Part shown: positions 58,356 to 64,000 of the stretch, piece after piece | Layout: every line of letters starts with the position of its first letter | Numbering within the stretch: the first letter of the stretch is position 1 | Assembly (NCBI RefSeq): GCF_052425735.1 | Contig: NC_135761.1 | Location: 8,990,001 to 9,054,000, forward strand | Source of the DNA: Oculina patagonica | Lineage: Eukaryota | Reading direction: 5' to 3' | DNA length: 64,000 bases | The notes under the pieces: generated by a model | The model's input: the letters and a program-made list of their open reading frames with translations, nothing else | The model's database searches: none | Told to the model about the DNA's origin: nothing | Made by a program: the position numbers and the translations under genes

Positions 58356-60185
58356 CTGAAAGCTGTTTAATCCACTCAGTGAGGTGCTCGTTTGGGATTC
58401 TTCTTCGTGTACCAAACACAATGTGCAAAACGAAAATAAAGTGAAATTAGAAACAATAGTAGATTTTATGGACAACGTTGACGCGAAAGTTATCAGCTCT
58501 ATCGGAGGTTCAGCTTTAAAGCTCCCACCGACAATCAAAGTGAAAGTATAATACACGCCTGTGGGATGAATAAAGACAAGTTTTCTTCGCTTTCGACGAT
58601 ATTTACGTTTTTTTAATTAACAAAGAACTCACTTCCATTTTCAAGCTTAAACCACTGGCAAAATAGTTGAGACACTTTTTTAAAGAAACAACATGCCCTC
58701 TTTGAAAAAATCTACCTCTTGCTCTTTCAAAGACGTGCTTGTAGGTTTAAACGTAATCCTGAACTATCCAGACAACATTAATGTGAGGGGGGGGGGGGGT
58801 AGATAGAGGGGGACCCGAGTAATCATTGTTAATAAATGTCCAACTATTTCAGAAAACTTTTTATAGCTTATAGTATGTTTTTTAAGTAAATATGAATTTA
58901 TAGCATGTATTAGTGCATTACGTGTAAAACCAAAACGTAAAATGCGAGAATCCCCTTTTTATCATAGGGAAGTGTATTGATGTATCATATTATAGTTTAT
59001 TGATATTATGTCGTGTAAAAATAGGGTAAGTTGTCAATTGTTAAATTTATGCAAAGCACTTTAAAAACAATTTGATATTACACGTAACTAAGGGATGCTA
59101 TTATAACAGAATATAACAATTTCGGAAGAAAAGAGCTACCTTCCACAGAACTAGATTAAGATTGATAAATTCCCCATTGGTCTTATATTAAAATTCAAAT
59201 GATAACTTGTTTTCATTACATGACAGAATACTTCATCAATTGCTAATTACTTTAGTCATTTTCAATGCTGCAAGAATGGCCATGCAAATATACTTGTTAT
59301 TACACTGCTGTTATTGATTTGGACGCGTATTTATCTGTGCGTTTAAATGTTATTGACAGGAGGGCCGGGTGATAAAAATAAGCCAAACAAACGCCATGTT
59401 CGTTTATCCCAGAGGTGGTCGCTTAGAAATGGGAGGGGGGGGGGGGGTGTATTCAAACGACAAATCGACTACCGCCAATCTTAGTCATCCTTTGTCTGTT
59501 TTATTACTCCTCTGGTGCTTTTCTTTTGGTAAACCATAATTTTGAGAATTGAAGGTAATTCTGTTCCTTGCTAAAAAAAAAATACCTAGGCAAATTATGA
59601 ACGTGACGGCAATATGGCGGCGTCGCTAACAGAAGACTATGAAACGTGATTCTGTATCTTCTGTATGGGTCCTCTATGAACGTTAGACATTTCATTTTAT
59701 TACGTTAATTTTGTGGCCTTTTTCCGCAAAAAGAAAACAATGAGAACACGACACGAGTAATCATTGTTAAAATGTCCAGCTACTTTTATAAAGGATTATA
59801 CATTTCATAGAAGGTGACATGTGAGAGAATGTACTTATACGCTGAGGTGTTCTGATAGTAAACAGCTGAACTGTGTCTTTCACTTTACGCCTTACAGCTG
59901 AATCGAAACAACGTGACAATGATTATTTCTCCTAAATGCCAAGCAAACTGGTGACAAGAACAAGGAAATTATTCAAGTTGAGGGCGTTGTCTTGCATGAC
60001 ACAACAACACTAAATTCTCATAACTAGCTGCCGTACAGTAAGAAGAATTGCTATTTTGAACTCAATTGGGACTGAAAAGGCTTGAAGCTATTAAGAGCTT
60101 TCATCAGTATTTCAGTTTCTGACTAAGTGCAAACTAGTTTCGCGTTTAGCAATTGAAATTAAAAAGATTAACGTTGGTGCCCAAG

Positions 60186-61707
60186 ATGGCACGGCCTAAA
60201 GATGGTAAGCAACAGGTTTCTGTCCCGAAATAGTGACATGAAATCAAAATTACAGTTATTTTGGTATTATAGAGAACTGAAATTTGACTTTCACTTTATA
60301 GAATGTTACAACACAGAACCATTTGAAGACACTCTTGCCAACTTCATTTTTCGATATCGACTTCCTTACATAGCGCAAGTGTTGGAAGGAATTGATAGTC
60401 CTACCGGAGCCTGTTCGCTGTCATTGAACGAAATATTAACAATTCACACAGTCGTGCGTTTAAAACGAATCAAAATGAGGAATTCAAAAGGCAAGTATTT
60501 TTATCTGCCTGTAGACAACGCAGCACGAGTGGAGATTGTTCCCAAGACACGCACCCGGCTCAGCAATGGCCTCAGATCTCACACTCGACGCCCCGCAAAG
60601 TTTCTTCGTACACTCAAAGAAATGCCTGAACTAATACTCAAAGAAGGAGATATTCTGGATCCAATCCTGAATGAAACCACACGGCAGGAAAGGGAAGCAA
60701 ATTCGTATTCCGGCCCTGAAACATTAAAATGCAAAGTTCTTTCTCAGCCGGGTAAGGAAATACGACTGGCACTTGATTACGTTGGACCTTTTGAGTCTTT
60801 TGAAGATTTCGATCCAAGGCGTTACTCTTTGAGGTATGTAGCTGATAATATCGCTTTACCAGTTGCTGTGCGATTTATTGGCGATGTAGAGTACTATCCT
60901 GACGTGAGGACTTCATTAAAAGGAGAGTTTCGCTTTGAAGAAGTAGTAGAAGATTCGATTGTAATCGCAACCACAAAATTACAACATGACCAGTTCACGA
61001 TCCTAAAGCTCCCGGTTGATCTACAAGTGACCTTATTTCCGATCAGAAAGCTACGTTGCAATGCAGGATACCTTAGCCAGTATTGGGAGTGTATACAGAG
61101 AGAAATTGACAAGCTTGAAAAGCAGATTACAAGTGTCGAAGAAGACTTGTGGCCCGAGAGCTTTTTTCAAGAGGCCATGCTGCCAGTTCCGCTAGAGGGC
61201 AATGGGAATATTGAGGACTACGTAGCAAAAATCACTACACGCAAAATTGATGAATGCATGCCTGTTCTAGATGGGGACAGTGATGTTTACGAGGCAATGG
61301 GGTCCTTTCGTTCGGGAAGGCCTGAGGAATGCGGACTAGAGGGGACTGAAGATTATTACGAGGCAATGGAACCCTCCATGGGACATAACCTTGGCGAATG
61401 CATACCAACTCCAGAGGGGGCCGAAGATCATTACGAAGCAATGGTACCCCCTATCTTCAACGAATATGTGCCAGTTCAAGCGAACGCTGAACCTGTCTAC
61501 GAAGCAATGGAACCTTCGATCGCATATAGGCCAGGAGAAGGTCTTCCGTATTCAAGGGCTAGGAGTCGTCAGCGTATGAGCAGGAAGAATAATCAAGACT
61601 ACAAAGAAAAACCACTTTATTCATCCCTTGTGTCGTTTCAACCAAACAGCTCTTCCATGGAGATATCCCCAAATGTGTATGCGAAGTTGCAGCGAAAATC
61701 AACATAG
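60186..61707 (+). CDS. Gene G: CABIT adaptor with multi-tyrosine tail, no SAM; exon 1 60186-60204, intron 60205-60301
   Basis: ATG GCA CGG CCT AAA GAT G|gtaagc...tttcactttatag|AA TGT splices in frame, giving MARPKDECYNTEPF. The same splice sites are conserved in the pseudogene copy. Core LKC-x9-IRLALDYVGPF; four YEAM motifs. Confidence 0.82.
61250..61540 (+). repeat. Coding repeat of about 23 aa x4, each unit carrying YEAM
   Basis: tacga(g/a)gcaatg at about 61288, 61357, 61432 and 61498. Confidence 0.85.
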
Positions 61708-64000
61708 CTTTTACTGAGGTCAACCAGGAAGAATTATAAATATATTAGCCAACTTTCAATTCAATTATTTTTTGCACTGCATAATACAATTTTTTTTCAA
61801 TGTGAATGACCTAACTTCAATACAAGCCAAGTGCAAGGAATCTCCTGAATTGCATGAAATTTGTAAAAAGATCTAAAAATACGAAAAAGATAATACTTGA
61901 ACCCAGTCTCAAACAATAGAGAACAATGAAGCTAGAATCGTTGCTGAGTCTCGCGCGTGGTTTGATGAATACAACTACCGTGATTCCCTGCAGGCGCGCG
62001 CTAAAGAGGGAATCGGGTATTGAAGTAGTAGAGACGAACAGTATAGACGACTAGCTTACTGTTTTTTTTCCATCGCACAAAGTCTGCCGGCTTGGTCTCG
62101 ACTTCAAAACTACTAGTCCAGCGACCAAGATAAATGACTTTTAAGGCTTTCATTTCCATCAACATTGATATTTTGGATTTATATCTTGATGTTGTGTTTC
62201 TGTTTTTTTTTGGTCGCTATTTATTCAGACGTCTTACGCGAGAATCACTGAGAATAGCCAAAGTCCATTCACGCATTCCTTTCACGGGTTGAAGGATTAT
62301 TTGCTCAGTAAAATAAAACTTTAGATTCGTCTTAGCCCAATATGGGAAAATATGTTAGTCTCCACTTTTTATATTTGACTTTAATGAGAATGTTAATGAC
62401 GCCGGAAAGATTAAACTAGAAATACCACTTGACATATAGTTTAAAATCCTGCTCGGATATTTGAGCTTAGAAGTTTGGAATTCAATTATGTATCTCATGT
62501 TATTAAGAAAATATTCAAAATTAGCAGATAAATAGGGTTACTTTTATTTTGTTCAAACCCAGTTGCTTAGCTCTTTAAGATATCATCATCTCAGATTACC
62601 ACGAAATCGCATATGTACATGTAACTTAGTAAATTTGACTTTTAGTTCATTGACTGAATTTTCTAATTAATTGGAGAGTCAACGTGAAGGTATTCAGTGG
62701 AATTAAAAATTAAGAAAGTCAACAATGTCGCGAATAAATACTTAACCAGTCATTTTCTGCCAGCGTAGGGCTTTGGGACTCCATGGCAGACGGCGTTACC
62801 TCCACCCACCCACCCACCCCCCCCCCCCCCCACTTCCTCACCAAAAACTTGCTCCAGGCCCCAAGGTACACCTTCTAAAGCAAAATAATATAAATCCCCA
62901 CGCAGAAAATTCATGGGGCCCCGGGATGTACAGCGAAATTATTTGGGCTTCTGAGCGCCATTTATAGCCACCTAACATAAGTAGATCGTATTTGATTTTT
63001 GTAACTATCTATTTCAAATCTTAGTCCTTCCTAATTCCTGACATTTTTAAATATCTAAGTTTAGAATTAAGCCATTATTTTGCATTTTCATTAGTAAGTG
63101 ACATGTCACTCGATAAAAAAAATCGCTGTATCGCTGGGCCAGACAATAAGCCTTTTACCGGCCTTTACAAGAGGTCCGGTATCGATGTCTGCTCTCATTA
63201 AGTAATATTGGGCTTAGTTTTAATTTGAAGTCCACTTTAAATAACACAAAAGGTCCTCCCAGTTAGACACCGCACAAGTTACCAATAAAACAAATGTTTA
63301 CAGAATTCACTGCAACAGATGTTTTCTAATTTTTTTCTTGCCTTGTAAGCGAAACGCGGGAAAGGAACTTGAGGTCAATTCTTTATCGATCGAAGAAGTA
63401 TGGTGAGAAATATTTCAAGATTTTAGAGATCGAATACAGTAGAGAAATAACACAACTTTTTGACCTCTTCGATGGCCCCCAGGCCATAAATAACTGCACT
63501 GAATTGTTTTCATGACAGAGTGATTTTTCTAGAAGTAATTGTATTCTAGATTTATAGCCGCTCAAATGCAGCAACAGCTAAGCACCATCTTGTCCGCCGA
63601 TGACGCGGAGTTAGTTTGGAGCGCTTTCACATCCACAAAGGTATGTAGAGAACACTTTTTGGGTGGAAAAACTATTTTATGATAAAACTTTTCACATGAA
63701 AATATCAGATTGTTTTTATCGCCCAGAGCGCACCTGCCAGCTTCGGAAACTATGTTTATTACGCGCGCCTGCGTAATTTTTGCCACATAACAGCCTTGTT
63801 TCATACGATTTTCTTGCTCTTTGATCGAAGCCCTTCGTGTCCAGAAAAAAAATCGAATAGTTTCAAGCTGTTTATCCGGTACAACTTTTGAAAGTTTTCC
63901 GGCAACATTACGACCATGAATACAACCACTCATGGCATATACACAAGAATGAAATCTCCCGCTGAAAAAACTTTTGTCCTTTTGTGCACTCGAGTAAATT

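Noticed and set aside
63562-63933. 123-aa minus-strand ORF
   Set aside because: No recognisable domain or similarity to the cluster; likely repeat-derived or chance.

Overview
This is AT-rich eukaryotic (metazoan) genomic DNA. The SINE/MITE content resembles anthozoan (stony coral) repeats, but that assignment is inference. Almost the whole window is one rapidly evolving tandem cluster of about 15 genes and gene fragments in 7 paralogous lineages, labelled A-G here. They encode CABIT-domain adaptor proteins of the THEMIS/GAREM type: an N-terminal CABIT module, a disordered linker with tyrosine docking motifs and proline-rich SH3 ligands, and in lineages B, D, E and F a C-terminal SAM domain. 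The coding regions are essentially single-exon and several are arranged as head-to-head pairs. The cluster shows tandem duplications, a whole-gene deletion, gene conversion, an in-frame chimera, fixed SAM loss and polymorphic MITE insertions. A 500-N gap (33016-33515) separates two homologous segments that may be alternative haplotypes, so true copy number is uncertain.
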